The notes below the pieces were generated by a model. That model saw only the letters and a program-made list of their open reading frames with translations. It was not told where the DNA came from and ran no database searches. Made by a program: the position numbers and the translations under genes. From positions 13,156,464 to 13,220,463 of the forward strand of contig NC_043011.1 of assembly GCF_006345805.1 (NCBI RefSeq): 64,000 bases of DNA, written 5' to 3'. This document shows, in pieces, positions 25,732 through 39,584 of this stretch. Within the stretch, counting starts at the first letter, position 1. The number at the start of each line of letters is the position of its first letter. The DNA is from Octopus sinensis. Lineage: Eukaryota.

Positions 25732-28700
25732 TTAAGTGATGACTAATTAGAATTGAGTGCTTAATTCAGTGATGCTTAATACAGAATTCTGGAGTTCTAA
25801 TTATAAAAAAATACCAGCATCTTTACATTAAATAAATGAATTTTAAAAAATGTAGTTTTATTCATATTCATTTATTATAAATATTAATACCTATAAATCT
25901 CAAAGTCTTAGTTAAACAGAAATGATTCAATAGATCAAGAGGCTGACAAAAGTTGTTTTCAGTTAAAAGTGGCAAGCATCTAAATTATTTTTTTATTAGA
26001 ACATGATATAGAGTGAATATGTAACAACTAAGTATAAAAGCAATTGAAAAAAAAAAAATGAAGAAGCAGTGAAGTAGCTAGGTAGAGCAAAATTAATACA
26101 ATAATTTAGTCAAATAAATAAAAAGAAATGTTTATTTATAAATAAACAAGAAAAATGTATTGCCTTGCTCTGTTTGGAATATATATTTCCATTTCAACTG
26201 AGTAGACCAATGTCTCAAAGAATAACAACCATTAGGTAGATTAGTAACCATCCTTAGAATTTTTTCGCCAATAAACACCTATGAAATTTATTTTTTTTTA
26301 ACTACAATTGCCTTTTCCGAGACGAAAAGGCTAAGTCAACCTCAGCAAAATTAAAGTATTAAAGTTTTGGATATAATTTCAGGATACAATAGTGCACTTA
26401 GTATAGAAGGTACGTTTTTGATCCTCACTTTATACAAGGCACTATTTTCCCCACCATTTGATTCAGTTTTTTCTACTTTTTTTTCCCTGTGTATGATTAC
26501 AATGAATGCTGTTCACAAAATCTTAATTTTTACTGTTTTTATCCACAAAATTTTAACAATTATTGAATTAATGAACTTTTTTTTTTATTGTTATGTGTAA
26601 ATATACATATATTATATTATACATGAGGTCTCTTGCCAATGCAATTGGTTACACAATGCAGAATATATGCATATTTTAAAAAATACAAAAGTTTTTAAGC
26701 AGAAAATGCCTTTACTGTAAATAACATTTGAGGATAATTTTGTAGTTAATGATCAAATAAGTTTTTTTATATTACACTGGATATTACAGCATGTGTAACT
26801 GAAGCAGAAACTACATCTAAGTGACGTAATAACATTTTGAAGTCGGAGAAGCCTTGCTACAAAGTGTATTTATACACAAAACAGGTTTCATTTCTTTTAC
26901 TGTAAAACCTAACTGTAATTAATGCTTAGAGTACTATAAAAGTTTAAACTTTGGACACTGGAGTGTGTAACAAATGTTTTATACAAACATAATAGAAATG
27001 TAATAGATAAATAAATATTAACAGTACTATTGATAATGAATATCAAATTGTTTAAATATTTGCCAGTTTACATTTTATAAAGGAACTGAAAAAAGTTTTT
27101 AAAAATTCCAAAGACAAAAACAAAAATGTGTCAATGGCATTACAAAAAAAAATCTTGACAACATAGGATTGGAAAAAGTTTGTTTTCAAATATTTCAAAC
27201 TAATGAAGGAAGACCTAGAAAATAGATGCAATTTCTAAAAAATGATTAGCTTCAAGCTTCTAAAATGAACCAAGAAATATTTGTACAAGTAAGAAAAGTT
27301 ATTACTTTGATTTAGCATTGCAATTAATGAACTTTAAATGATTGCAGTAATAGGGAGAATCTAATCATTCACATTCAATGCAAGCCTTTGGCAAGAATAC
27401 ATTACCATATGAGACAGTAACAGAAGATACAAATTTCCAAATTAACCAGAATGATAATTTTAACAAATATACTATGATCTACATAATGTTCTGCAACTTA
27501 AGCTTTAAGTTGACTATCTGCTTTGACTAAATAAAGAAGCAATTTAGTCGCTCTCATTTACCATGTCCATGCTATCATTAAAAATATTCGCTCACTTATT
27601 TTATACAAGAGAAAATCCACACATTTACATTTTTACCAAAATGTCAATGAAATGAAATAGTGGATGGAATTGATTGCTGGTTTGTTGCAAGAGTGAATTA
27701 TAAAAATGTACACAGCAACTAAATACCAGAGAATCAGCAGTAGCTAATAGCCAACTTGATAGCCAACAAAACATGCAAAATTGCATAGCTAAAGAATATA
27801 TAAATGCTGTGTTTTACTTTATTTAATTTTGAAAAAGGAAATTTCAAAATCCAACAAATATAATGCCCTGCCAAAACTTAATGAAATCAGGGACAAAAAT
27901 TATGACTTGTCAATTAACTAGAGCAGAAACTAGCAGCCATTAGAAATGGGCTAAAATTCAGGGTCTATAACACAATGTTGAAGCAAAATAGTTTATATAT
28001 ATGTATATATATAAAACATCTATTTCGTTTTTGGAATATTAAATGTGGTCGTTATAAGTAAAAAAAGAAAAATTTGATATAGAAGTTATCCAAGGAATGA
28101 GCAACAATGAATATAAGTACAAAAATAAGGAAAGTTGAAATTCCTCATCACAGGCAATTTTCAAGAATTTCATTTCCATGGCTGAAGAAAGAAATGTTAT
28201 AAAATAAACATTTTAAACCACTAATAAAGAAAACACCAATGCTGTTGCTTCTAGCAGATTAGCAATTACTGTCCAAGTCATGGTTATCACTGAAGACATA
28301 ATTTACTTTGAATTGTGTTTCAACATTAAATCCTTTTGAGACTCAAAGTATTCCAGGGTTTATAAATTTCATTTATGACATTTTATTCAAAAAATATGTT
28401 TATTTACATGTCACAATCATTTAGAATAACATTTAATTTTGGCAACAGGATTAAATTTACTTGAGCAGAAGAAATGCTGAATCAAAATATCATTGCTTTT
28501 TAAATGGTTTTTTTCTGCCTGAATATTTATTCAAATTATGTGTATTCATTCAAAAACTGTGTTTTGGGAACATACAAGAGAATTAAGTTAAGAATATTGA
28601 TTCTTGAATCCCTCTATATTAATCTGAAACCAATGCATGATATAAGGAATTTCTGCTAACTGCCACAAGTAATAGCTAGAGAATCTGTTAATCTTGCTTA

Positions 28701-28884
28701 ATTGCCACATCATGAAACCAGCTCTTCCAACAAAACAAACCTAATTAGAATGTAACTTTATGATTAGAAACATTGTGTTAATGTTGAGAAATGAAGACCA
28801 CACGGAGAAATATATTGAGTACATAGTAATTTTTTTAACCACAGAAAAAATATATCTATAACTTCCATTATAGTACATACATAT

Positions 28885-28932
<48 letters not shown>

Positions 28933-29162
28933 CAATTATTAAAGGTTTCTTATGATAATAGTAACAAAAATTTAATAAAGAAAATGTTGCTATTACACTG
29001 GCGTGGTGCCTGATTGCCATAATATTGGTATTTATTAGTGATGGTGGAGTTGAAGATGGAGTCAAAGTTGCTGCGGCTGGTTGTTTTCTGTATGATTAAA
29101 AAAAAAAAAAGGCGGCTGTGGCGAAAGGGAATCGGGTAAAAAAGAATGGGGGAAAGAGGAAA

Positions 29163-29258
29163 TCAAAGCAGTTTACACCTCCAGAATGATTTCTTCGGTG
29201 TTTGATCCTTTCGTGTTAATTGGTAACTACCCCCTCGGTTTTGTGGACTAGAAGCCTC
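29163..29258 (-). CDS. Rab8: Rab8 terminal coding exon: EASSPQNRGGSYQLTRKDQTPKKSFWRCKLL*, with C-terminal CaaX (CKLL) prenylation motif
   Basis: tttgtatttcag|GAG GCT TCT ... TGT AAA CTG CTT TGA; in frame with the previous exon. Single-Cys CaaL end, as in Rab8 (human CVLL). Confidence 0.93.
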   Translation of the reverse strand, partial: EASSPQNRGGSYQLTRKDQTPKKSFWRCKLL

Positions 29259-29880
29259 CTGAAATACAAAGATCTTTGAATTAGAAACAGAATGAAAACA
29301 GAAGCATATTGTGAAAAAAGAGAAGCTCAAATAGATAGAATTTATTACATAATTACATCCACGTAGGTTATCTGAAAGGTTATATATAATGGACATGATG
29401 TACAAACCACATTAATAGATGCATATAGAATTGTGACAGGAAGTTAGCAGAGTTTGACACCACTGAGTTGATTTCTTGGAAATGATTGATCAAGAGTCAA
29501 TGATAAAGAATTAATGTTGTAGCAATTTATATCAAAGAGCCCATGGTAGGTTTTTTTTTTTTGTTTTTTTCTTGTGAAAAACATTAATAAAATTGAAATG
29601 ATCTCATAAATAAAACTGAGAAAAAAAGTCAGATGCAAAACTGTTCATTTAATTTCTAATTTTAGTGGGGGCCTTGCTTTTGATATTTGAATAGTATTTA
29701 ACATTTGGACTGAAGTTGTAATTTTAGTTTTAAAACATTTCATAGCCAACTTTGTTCCAAATACAGCTTTTCAATAATTTGATTTTCAAATAAAAAAAAT
29801 GCTTCCATTTTTTTTTAAAATCATACTTTTCTTTCTTAACCAATGTTACTGAACAATTTCTACCATCATTACTGCTTTAA

Positions 29881-30100
29881 CCCTTTCATTACTGTATTTA
29901 TTTTGAGATGCTCTGCATTTCTTTCAATTAATTTTAATATAACAAAGAATTTAGTAAAATAACTTAGTTATCATTAAGCTAGAGTTAGGAACATAATTTG
30001 TGGCTAAGGTTTGGGGGAAAATTTTAATTCAACACTTATGAAAACAAGACATTTGTACTCAGAGCCAGAGCCAGTTTCAGCCGGGTTGGTAACGAAAGGG
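29881..30100. mobile_element. piggyBac-type MITE, family 1 (TTAA TSD)
   Basis: ttaa|ccctttcattac ... gtaacgaaaggg|ttaa; same internal sequence as 18486-18706. Confidence 0.9.
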
Positions 30101-30901
30101 TTAATCTTAATTTTCCCATGCTAGTATAGGTTGATAGGTTCTGCTACAAAGCTTAGTAATTTTCATGGTAGTCTTTCATCTTAACAGTGAGCCTCAGTAT
30201 CATGAGATCTGATGTCACCATCACTTCCTACATTTCTCAGTATTCCATTTTCTCCAGTACCCAACATTCCATTGCATAACAGAACTGATTTCTTTTTTCT
30301 GCAGATATTAGTTTATAGCTTCAATACCCAAACATTCTCAGCCCATTATATTCCAACTTTCAAACAGATTAATACCCTAGAGACTAACTACATTGACTTT
30401 GTGCTGCTAACGAGCACTTTGGTCTCTGCCGTATTGGTTTTTAAATCAGTACAGTAGAAATATTAAACACAGACCAGATATTATGTTGCTGCCATAATTG
30501 GGGCTCTTCCTGTAACTTTGACAGATTTTGTAACGAGAACCAAATAATCAGATATAAAAGTTCCCAGAGAAAACAGTCTTCAACTGCCAGGAAAAAGTTA
30601 AGTCCAAGTATCCTGCATTTTCTCCAAATTCTCACAGAAGTTTTTTCAGTGAAACTCAAACTACAAATTTCATATTTATTAGTTTGCAACATTGTAATTA
30701 TCTACCAGTAAAATTGACTAATTATAATTGCTCATGCATTAATTTCAGGACATCTAAGTTAAGACTACCTCTAAAAATGAATCCCCTTGGGCTTGATCTT
30801 TAGCCATTGTAGAGTTTGTGTTTAATTCAACTTGCCATTGATTTAACTGTTGTATACTTCTATGAGTAAAGTTGTAGCTTAGAAAGCAGGTTACACTTTA
30901 A

Positions 30902-31122
30902 CCCCTTAGTGTTCAGATTATTCTGTTAAATGTAATATTTTTTTATTCAAATTGATTTGAATTAATTCTGCATTGTCTTATAGCTTTTGAGGTTTCAATG
31001 ATGTGATTGTTTATTTTTAGAATAGCATTGTAGGTTAGGTCTGAGAGGCTAGATATCGCCAGTTTGAATATAAAACATGTAGAATATTTGGGCCGGACAT
31101 GGCCGGTTTAAACACTTAAGGG
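30902..31122. mobile_element. piggyBac-type MITE, family 2 (TTAA TSD)
   Basis: ttaa|ccccttagtgttcag ... aaacacttaaggg|ttaa. Confidence 0.88.
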
Positions 31123-31739
31123 TTAAAAAGATAGATTTCAGTTTAATAAAACTGTAGTTCTAAAAAATTAATCAAAGAATAAATTCAAGGAAATTAAGAA
31201 TATAAAGGGGGAAAAAAATCTATCAAAAATATTTTTGTTAGTTTTAAGGAAAGTAAAGCAAAAAGAAGTGTTTGTCCAATTAGGTAATTGTTCTTCTTAC
31301 AACAGATTAAGTTTCATCAGTTTTTACTTTACTTACTGTCTTTTAGGGTTTAGATAAAAATCAAACAAGCTACAGTTTATGACCTTACAGACAGGAAGGA
31401 CACACTTAAAAATTTCAGAATTTTTTCATTTGTTACAGTACGTATCATAATTTGTATTTAAGAAATGGTTTAACCTAAGTAATAATTAACATTAAGAAAT
31501 AAGACCCAATTATTGAAAAAAAAAAATCATTATTTGCACAAGCTTGAAAGATCTGATATTTAAGAATTAATATTTTAATATTAATTTTATCAAATATAAT
31601 TACATAATTATAGTTATTTATTTTGTTTATTTAAGTGACTTTCTTCTGCATTTATTAAGCCTTGAGAAAGGAGCATTGCATATGACCTTTGCAAGCCCTA
31701 AAATACCAATGAGATTGATGCCAGTTATGTTCCACTTAA

Positions 31740-32440
31740 ACTGTTGTGGGGGAAAAAACATGAACAGGGGCAAGGTTCCAGAGGACCAATGTTCTGGGGA
31801 GAAAGGACTGGGTACAGTGGGGACAATGAAGTTGGATGCACCATGAGTGATGAGAAGTAGAAAGACAAGTTGGTCAGGAGCTGAGACTATTGGAAGCCAT
31901 TATAGTAGAGATTAATAAGACAAAGAGAGAGGCTCGTATTTCTATGATTGAATTTCAGTTGGTCATGTGGTCTTGGATGCAGTCCAAGATGACTGTGTAC
32001 ATAGTAGTAGCAGTGTCCTAGACATGGGACCAATATCCCATTGTGGGCATCACTTGAGTCTTGCAGAGTGTCAACAACTGTTGGTGCATGAAATATTTTC
32101 AGGTGCTGAAGAGAAGAGCCAGCCTTTGAACGGTGACCCCAGTTATACTAAAAGATGAGTGAAGCCCGTAAAGCAGGAAGTTTTGATAAATTTCCATGCC
32201 AGACATTTTCAAAAGCTTTCTCGAGCAACAACATTGCTTTCGCTATGAGAGTCCACTGGTGAGTGACAAAAGAGAGCAGGTCTCCAGAGGATCTGGCTCT
32301 CAAGAAGTTGTACTGGTGCTGGAGAACATTATTGTTAATGGTTCTTTCAATTACCTTAGAGGTATGCTTCCAAATATCAGGGTGTATCACCAGAGAGAGA
32401 TTAAAGCGTTTGGGGCATAACACTTGACATTGTGAGAATC
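31740..32440 (-). mobile_element. Decayed LINE reverse-transcriptase fragment (L2/Jockey/CR1-like)
   Basis: HQYNFLRARSSGDLLSFVTHQW...EKAFENVWHGNLSKLP matches the RT pattern QYGFR..RST.D.L....D..KAFD.V.H. Confidence 0.75.
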
Positions 32441-33076
32441 AGTGGCATTGTTTATTGTTGCTCATTGTAGTTCCATAATGATTTTATTAACTTTTTACAT
32501 ACAATGTGTAATTTTCAAGCCTAAGATTCAAAGAAGCTACCTAACTACTGCTTTTTTTTTTTTTTGTTACATGAGGTTCCATCAGTTGTAATGTTTTAGC
32601 AGTTCTTATGTTTTGTCAATTATAAATTGCTTTATCAGAACTAATGATGTTATAACTTGAAATTAACGCTTCCTTTTCTGGTAATTACAAGAATATTTTA
32701 TTCCAAGAAATTAACTCTTAATTATTTAACCTACTAAGAATGAATTTCCAATATTTTCTTTTTGTTAAACATCTTGAAACTGAATAATTAAAAACAAGTT
32801 AAAATTCTGAGAATACTGTTTCTTTCAATCACTACACACAGATTTGTATCTTGCAAACTTCACTTATTACACAGCTTTACTTTCTATTTACGACTGTCAA
32901 ATGGGCCTCTACTGGGTCCTATAACTTAGGGTCCCACTATATTAAAATCCATTTCTGAGCATACGGCTAACTATTATGACTACACCTTCTCAAATTTTAC
33001 AGACTCTCAACCAAAGAGACTGCTAGCTAATCAAGGAATTATTTTACAGATTTAATATACAAAATTTACAGCAAAC

Positions 33077-33345
33077 ATGGTCTAGTGGTTAGAGCAGTGG
33101 ACTCGCAGTCGAGGGATCGCAGGTTTGAATCTCAGACCAGACGATGTGTGTGTTTATGAGCGAAACACCGAAGCTCCATGCGGCTCTGGCAGAAGGTAAT
33201 GGCGAAACAACTGCTGACTCTTTCGCCACAACTTACTCTCACTCTTTCCTCCTGCATCTTGCAGCTCACCTGCGATGGACCTATACACCAAAAAACCGGG
33301 AAACCAGCCCTTATGAGCCAGGCATGGCTCAAGAAGGAACAAACA
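33077..33345 (+). mobile_element. SINE family C
   Basis: catggtctagtggttagagcagtggactcgcagtcgagggatcgcaggtttgaatctc...gaaggaacaaac. Confidence 0.85.
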
Positions 33346-35196
33346 AAACTAGTGAAAAAAATTCTGTTATTGAACAAATTCAATGATAGGATTGTTGTGA
33401 TTAGGATGTTGATTAAGTGATATCAAAATTTTTCATTCTGACAGCAACATTACCCATTAATCACAAAATACATTTAGAAAATAGTTGCTTATCAAATTTT
33501 GATGACATAAGTAGGATTTTCTTCTGTCACCGTTTTGAACCATTAATATAATAAAATCCAAAATTATATGGATAGTACAGGGAAATTTCTAACAATAACA
33601 AAACAAAGGGAAATAATTCTTTCATATTTTTTTTTACCATCTTAAAAAGTTTGTATCTTTTGTGTAATTTTGACAATTTTGTATCTAATCTTTTCTGTGC
33701 AATATTGACAATTTTATATCTAATATGTTATGTGTAATTTTGACAATTTCTCACAAATGATGGAAAACAAAGATTAAAACAAAGAGATTAATTTTTTTTT
33801 TAAATTAATATATATTTCATAAAAAAGGCAACTATTGTAATCACATTTTAGTAGAACTTTTTGCTATATGAAGAGTTTATGAGTTATTCATGTGGCATAT
33901 TTTCACTAAAAGCATCCTTCATCTGAACTGAAATGATACTATGATTTAAAAGTAGAAAGCTTAACACCTTCCAGTCCAAGACCTGAAAACTTAGTACAAT
34001 GCATTTTTTGTCAAGTTTTTTTCTATAATAATCAAACTTCAAAATTACAAAATGAACACCAACTGCAGTAACTTCATGCGAAGGAACAAGCCAATGAGGG
34101 AGCCACTAGGTATTGCACAACTTCACAAAAATACATCTTGAATAACACTACCATTTTAGAAAGATCATTTCAGAAAAAGAACATTTTGGACAATGTGTTC
34201 CTAGCTCTCTCCAGGAGAAAGGGATTCCACCCCTCTAAGAGATTATAAAAGGTTACAGATGCAAACTCACTCTTCATACTGCATGATAATAGAAATTACA
34301 CAAGATTCAATAGAAACTAAATGAATATAAAATCCTGTGACAACAAAAATTGTAAAAATTAGGCACAGGCTGGCCATATGTAAAATGTAGAGGAGCAAAA
34401 AATATAGGAATCAGGTCTCATTGAAAAGAAAAAAACTGAGTGGTGATACATAAGAGATGAACCCAAAAAGAATGAAAAAAAAGTAAAGTCTAGAAAAGAT
34501 TTCAAGTAGTAGTAACATAGCACAAAGTTCAAAGTGAAAAAGGAATCAATTCAACTCAATCTCCACTGAGCACTAAATACTTGATAATGAATCAATGAAT
34601 TCTGAACTATTTACTAATATGATTCCAATATCTCATTGTCTCACAGACTGATACTAAAATACTGCATGCAACCACTCATTTTTGAAGAGAATATTGTTGT
34701 GAAACTCTTCCTTTCCAACTATTTATATCAACAGTTAATTGCTAATTTCTTCAAACTCAAATTGCATCATTCCTCTTACACTCTATAATCATTATCTTAT
34801 TCTCCTAAAAATAGAATTAATATAAGAATTGTTAGTAAAGGGTAATCATTTTAGTCTGTGTAAGGATTATATATGTGCTAAAATATTTGAGTTTAACATA
34901 GCTTCTATTGATCATTTTCTTTCAAAACAAGGTTTCTAACAGTTAGAAAAAGAACATTTGGAAGCTTTTGAATATTTCTTTAGTTAAATAAAACTAACAG
35001 CTAAAATAGCATCATGTCCTGACAAATTATTTTACAGACCAAAACAGAACAAGTTCTATCAATGATCAGCCATTCTTTTAAAGTCAATCATAGGAATTCT
35101 AACAGAATAACTCGTTTTTAGCCAGTTATCAATGGCCATACTGGGGCATCATTATTATGAATTTGTCTTTATAAACTTTAACATAAGAGAAAAATG

Positions 35197-35625
35197 GGAT
35201 CTTTTTGGTTCGAACGGCAGTTTTTAACATAATTTCTAGGTAACTAAAAAAATTTAAACTTCATATACTGGTAGAATGTGTTTATAAAACATCTTTTTTC
35301 TCTTGGCTTTATTGAGAAAACTCTATAGTTTGTAAGATATTTGTTGGGGTTTTTTTTTTCTTCAATTTCTGCAATTTCAACCAATCACTGACGTCTATTG
35401 AGGTAAAAAAACAATCTGTGCCATATGAATATGTCCCTCGTTTAAGAAATACATTGGGTTTATTTACATTTGTGAAGAAAAAAAGATACCCTTCCCCCCC
35501 ACCCCTAACTAACCATAACCCTAAAACAGATTGAAATGCAATAGATCGATACTAGGGTCATAATTAAGGGTGACAATTTCATATGACACCGCTAGAAAAA
35601 ACTGCTGTTCAAACCGAAAAGATCC
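35197..35625. mobile_element. MITE with ~30-bp TIRs and 9-bp TSD (Mutator/MULE-like)
   Basis: agaaaaatg|ggatctttttggttcgaacggcagtttttt ... aaaaaactgctgttcaaaccgaaaagatcc|agaaaaatt. Confidence 0.8.
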
Positions 35626-35649
35626 AGAAAAATTTACACAAAAACTTAC

Positions 35650-35766
35650 CATTTTACGGTCCATTTTTGCTTTAATATCTCTAGCCAAAGTAAAGAAGGC
35701 ATCCTCTACATTGATACTGGCTTTAGCACTGGTTTCCATGAATTTTATGCCATGTTCAATTGCAAG
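35650..35766 (-). CDS. Rab8: Rab8 coding exon (117 bp): [40 protein letters not shown]5 ETSAK
   Basis: ttactttag|CTT GCA ATT ... CGT AAA ATG|gtaagt; ETSAK motif and [14 protein letters not shown] typical of Rab8. Confidence 0.97.
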
Positions 35767-35982
35767 CTAAAGTAAAAAAACAAATAAGTAGTTGGACAGT
35801 TATTAAAATGCCTTTCCAATGTTATGAGCAGGAAAGTTACGTTGATAAAGCATTTCAGAGTATTTTCTTATCAAGATGTCAATATACTTTATTGTTCTGA
35901 GAAATTAAACACTAATGAATGCAAAGATTTATACTTTTCACATGTAGAATACGAATATTTTAATGGCATGAGTACATAATTT

Positions 35983-36197
35983 GTTGGCACGTAAAAAGCA
36001 CCATCCGATCGTGGCTGTTTGCGTGTAAAAAGCACCCACTACCCTCACGGAGTGGTTGGCATTAGGAAGGGCATCCAGCTGTAGAAACACTGCCAGATCA
36101 GATTGGAGTCTGGTGCAGCCTTCTGGCTTCCCAGACCCCGATCGAACCGTCCAACCCATGCTAGCATGGAAAGCAGACGTTAAACGATGTTGATGAT
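35983..36197 (+). mobile_element. SINE family B 3' part
   Basis: ggcacgtaaaaagcaccatccgatcgtggc...catgctagcatggaaagcagacgttaaacgatg. Confidence 0.85.
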
Positions 36198-36587
36198 CTG
36201 ATTCATGTCGTTTTTTTCAGTGTTTTCAGTCAATGAAATATGGCCATGCTAAAGCACTGCATTCTCATAAGTACCTCCAGTATTTATTTCAGTCTAGTAC
36301 TTTATCAATATCTATTTGCCAAACCACTGAGTTACAAGCTACAAACAATAATGCCAACATATATAAGTGATCCAGCAAATTTGCTGACTTGTGTTAATTT
36401 GAATTATCCAGCAAGATCCGAATGAACCATGTGATCAAGTGATCCCCAAATTGGAGAAACCTCTTGGCTCTTGTGATTTGGGTCCCCTATGTTACCAAGC
36501 TTTATGAATCAGTAGAAAAAGTCCAACAGCTAGCCTCACAGTTTCAGAATCTTGTTGGGGACAGTCATCATATCTATAAAAGGGAGG

Positions 36588-36621
<34 letters not shown>

Positions 36622-37099
36622 TTGTAATTTATGCACGTCCACAAATTAGCACGCATGTCGCTCCAATTTTAGGAGGACATTTGTCAACATCCTATCTGGG
36701 TTTTGTCAACTTATTTTTCTCCCCCCGAGGCACCCGTGGGTAGCGTAAATACCTATTTTCAAACATAGCCTTTAGCCACAAAAAAATCAGCCTTGGCTTT
36801 TTTGATGGCATCTAACAAAAAAAAAATAATAAGATAAAGAAAAGTGGAAGAAGGAGGTAGAGAGTTTCACGGGAAAGACAAAGTGAGAGAGGGAGAAAGA
36901 GAGAGAGAGTAAGTTATGACGTTCATAAAAAATAAAATGTAAAATATTTTGTTTTTTGTTTTTGAAAGACACTATATTTTATAATCATAGTATATATACT
37001 TTAGTGAAAATCGTGCGAGTGTTAATCTACAAATTTAACATTTTTCCATTCATTTCTGTTTATGAACATGTATGCATGCACAAAACATGCAATAGGTGT

Positions 37100-37295
37100 A
37101 CGTACGTGTGTGTATGTGTGTTCGTGTCTGTTGCCCATATATATTTATATTATATTATATATATATAATATAACTAATTTCAACGGATTTCACCCAAATT
37201 TGACATCTATATTACTTAGTTTGGTTTGAAATAAAGAACTTGATTAGCTTAATAATCGTAACTTAATCCTGGGCAAGGCCGGGTTATACTGCTAG
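37100..37295 (+). mobile_element. Non-autonomous Helitron-like 3' end
   Basis: Subterminal hairpin cctgggcaaggccggg followed by tactgctag|t, same end as 50177-50573; 5' boundary uncertain. Confidence 0.6.
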
Positions 37296-37934
37296 TTTTG
37301 GATATAGTAGGCGACATCGACAGTGGCCACATATTCACTATTCATATTATAATGATCGAGAGTATTCTCCCTTGGTTTCATTAACCATTCCAGTGAAATT
37401 TTGTAAAGTTAAAACTAAAATTTATGGAACGTCATCAGTAGTTAACCGAAAAGAATCTCTGTTTACTGCTTTGAAAAGGTAAAACCCTCTCAGGTACTTT
37501 GATTTTGGAAGTCGCAATTTATAATGTGACTCACTCCACCTGATGGTTTCCCGAGGACACCCTCAAGAAGTAAATTTGCAACAGGTTCGGCAAAGAATTC
37601 ATTGTGCATTTCTCAGCTCCCTTCCTATACATTACAGTTCTTTATGCTATATCAAAGGAGTTTAGAGTGGCTGTCCATGAGAAATTCTATATGATAAACT
37701 GTGTCAACACTTGTTGCTTGTCTAAGAATCTCTGCACATTCACACTTCAGCAGCTACAAAATACTGTCTGCCAAGCAGAGGCTGTTGGTAAAAGATGGAC
37801 CTTTTAACCAGTGGAACACATCTACAGAAAGAAAAGGAGATGCACCAATCTAGTCAAACAAAAACTGGGGCAAAGCACAACAGTAATATACAATAGAGGT
37901 GGTGCACACAATAATCACTTTGCCCATGCTTTAA

Positions 37935-38154
37935 CCCTTTAGCATTCAGATTATTCTGCCAAATGTAAAGCTTATGTATTCACACTATGTAAAATTAATC
38001 TTGCATCATTTCATAGCTTTGAGATTTCAATGATGTGATTGTTTATTTTTAAAATGACACAATAAGGTAGCTATGAATGACCATATCTGACAAGTTTGAA
38101 CACAAAATAGGTAGAATATTTTGGCCGGATATGGCCAGTTTAAACACTAAAAGG
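37935..38154. mobile_element. piggyBac-type MITE, family 2 (right end eroded)
   Basis: ttaa|ccctttagcattcagattattctg ... ggccagtttaaacactaaaagg. Confidence 0.8.
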
Positions 38155-38788
38155 TAGAGCTCACTCTCACGCGATTTTTGAGTGAAACTAGCAACACTTC
38201 TTGGAACCTTGTCCAAGTTTCTATCCACCAGAAATGGAATGAACCAGACCCCTAAATAACTTAAGCAGCCTGTCAGTATATTTCCCTTGCTTCTCTAAGT
38301 ATAAAGGTGCAAGTCCATTGTCTCATAGGAGTGAATTAATGCCCTGTATTTCTTTAAAAAGACATTACCCACCTCAATCTCCATGGTGTTTAATATGATG
38401 GTGACATTTGCATATCCTGACATGGCTCTCCTGCATGCTACTTTGAATAGAATCTCCCTACATGCCTCCAGTCACAGCAGTATCATCTGAATGAGATGTT
38501 TCACAGGAGGTGGAGGCTGTTATGGAGGCTTACATTTTCCCAACTATAAGCACCAGCTTCTTTGCTAAGACTTAAGCTAAATCCTTAGAGATCATTAAGG
38601 CCAATATCTTAAGGAAGAGTTAGCTTTACAGGCCCCATGACAGTCCCCCCCTATTTTGTCCTACTTTCTGCATCACATCTCACAAGTGACATATCATGGC
38701 ACTTGGTACACATGTAGCATACACCTTTCCATTCAGTTTCAGTAAAGCTTTTGTTTATAAAGATGTGTGGAATATGCAGTCAGTCATG

Positions 38789-38822
<34 letters not shown>

Positions 38823-39039
38823 GCTAAGCTAGCTGATTGTTGGTATTTTTGTAGAATGGATGGATGGATACAGGACAGGCTTGTCTAAATGAGTACTACA
38901 GTACTCACCCAAATCAGTAGATGTAACAGGTCATGGAAGGAAGGGCTAGCAGGGTAGTTTTGCCTTTCAACCATGATTAAATTATCTTAGTTATATGCAG
39001 ATATATATTATGTGTAAGTGAAGCATAGCAAAATAGTTT

Positions 39040-39560
39040 AGAACTTCATTTCACAACTATGAGGTCTCCGGCTTGATCCACTGCATGGGATATAGGGCAA
39101 ATGCCCTTTTCTATAGCCTTCGATCAATCCATACCTTATAAGTGGAACTGAGAAGACAGAAATGGCAAATTCAGAAGCACCTGTTTCTACCTGGAACATA
39201 TTCATCAATGACAGATAATACTGAATCAACAATGCCCCACTTAAGAGATTCAAAGACTTCAATTTCTTCCCTGTTTAATGGAAAAGAGTCAGCCTGTATT
39301 AGAGAGATTGTTCATTTTGAGAAACCAGATATACAACCATTATAATAAGAGACAAGACCTACAATGATTCTAGAGGTGAAATATGAAGTGAAGACTTGGT
39401 TTGTTCAAAGTCAGGCTTAAAAGCTGTATAAGAGTTACATGCATTTCACATGTCATACAGTCTCTTCCGTACCGAATGTGAGACTAAGTTGTTTTGTAAC
39501 TTCACGAAGTTTGTCAGAATTTATATTCATCCAAGCTGTTTCCAGCTTATATAATGTTGT
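39040..39560 (-). mobile_element. Decayed LINE 3' fragment
   Basis: Broken frames resemble the post-RT region of L2/Jockey-like LINEs (..YNGCISGFS..); by eye only. Confidence 0.35.
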
Positions 39561-39584
39561 CAACTTAAGCTAAAGTATCATCTT

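Larger units (their letters stand above)
24645..29162 (-). other. Rab8: Putative long 3' UTR of Rab8 (distal end uncertain)
   Basis: Follows the stop codon; very AT-rich and nearly free of the SINE/LINE insertions seen on both sides. Several minus-strand AATAAA, e.g. 24645-24650. No transcript evidence is available. Confidence 0.45.

Noticed and set aside
29259-29405. N-terminal part of ORF 29163-29405
   Set aside because: Intronic sequence upstream of the tttcag acceptor at 29259-29260.
35521-35649. C-terminal extension [13 protein letters not shown]... of the ORF containing the Rab8 exon
   Set aside because: Read-through past a strong gtaagt donor into intron and MITE; the true C-terminus is the CaaX exon at 29163-29258.
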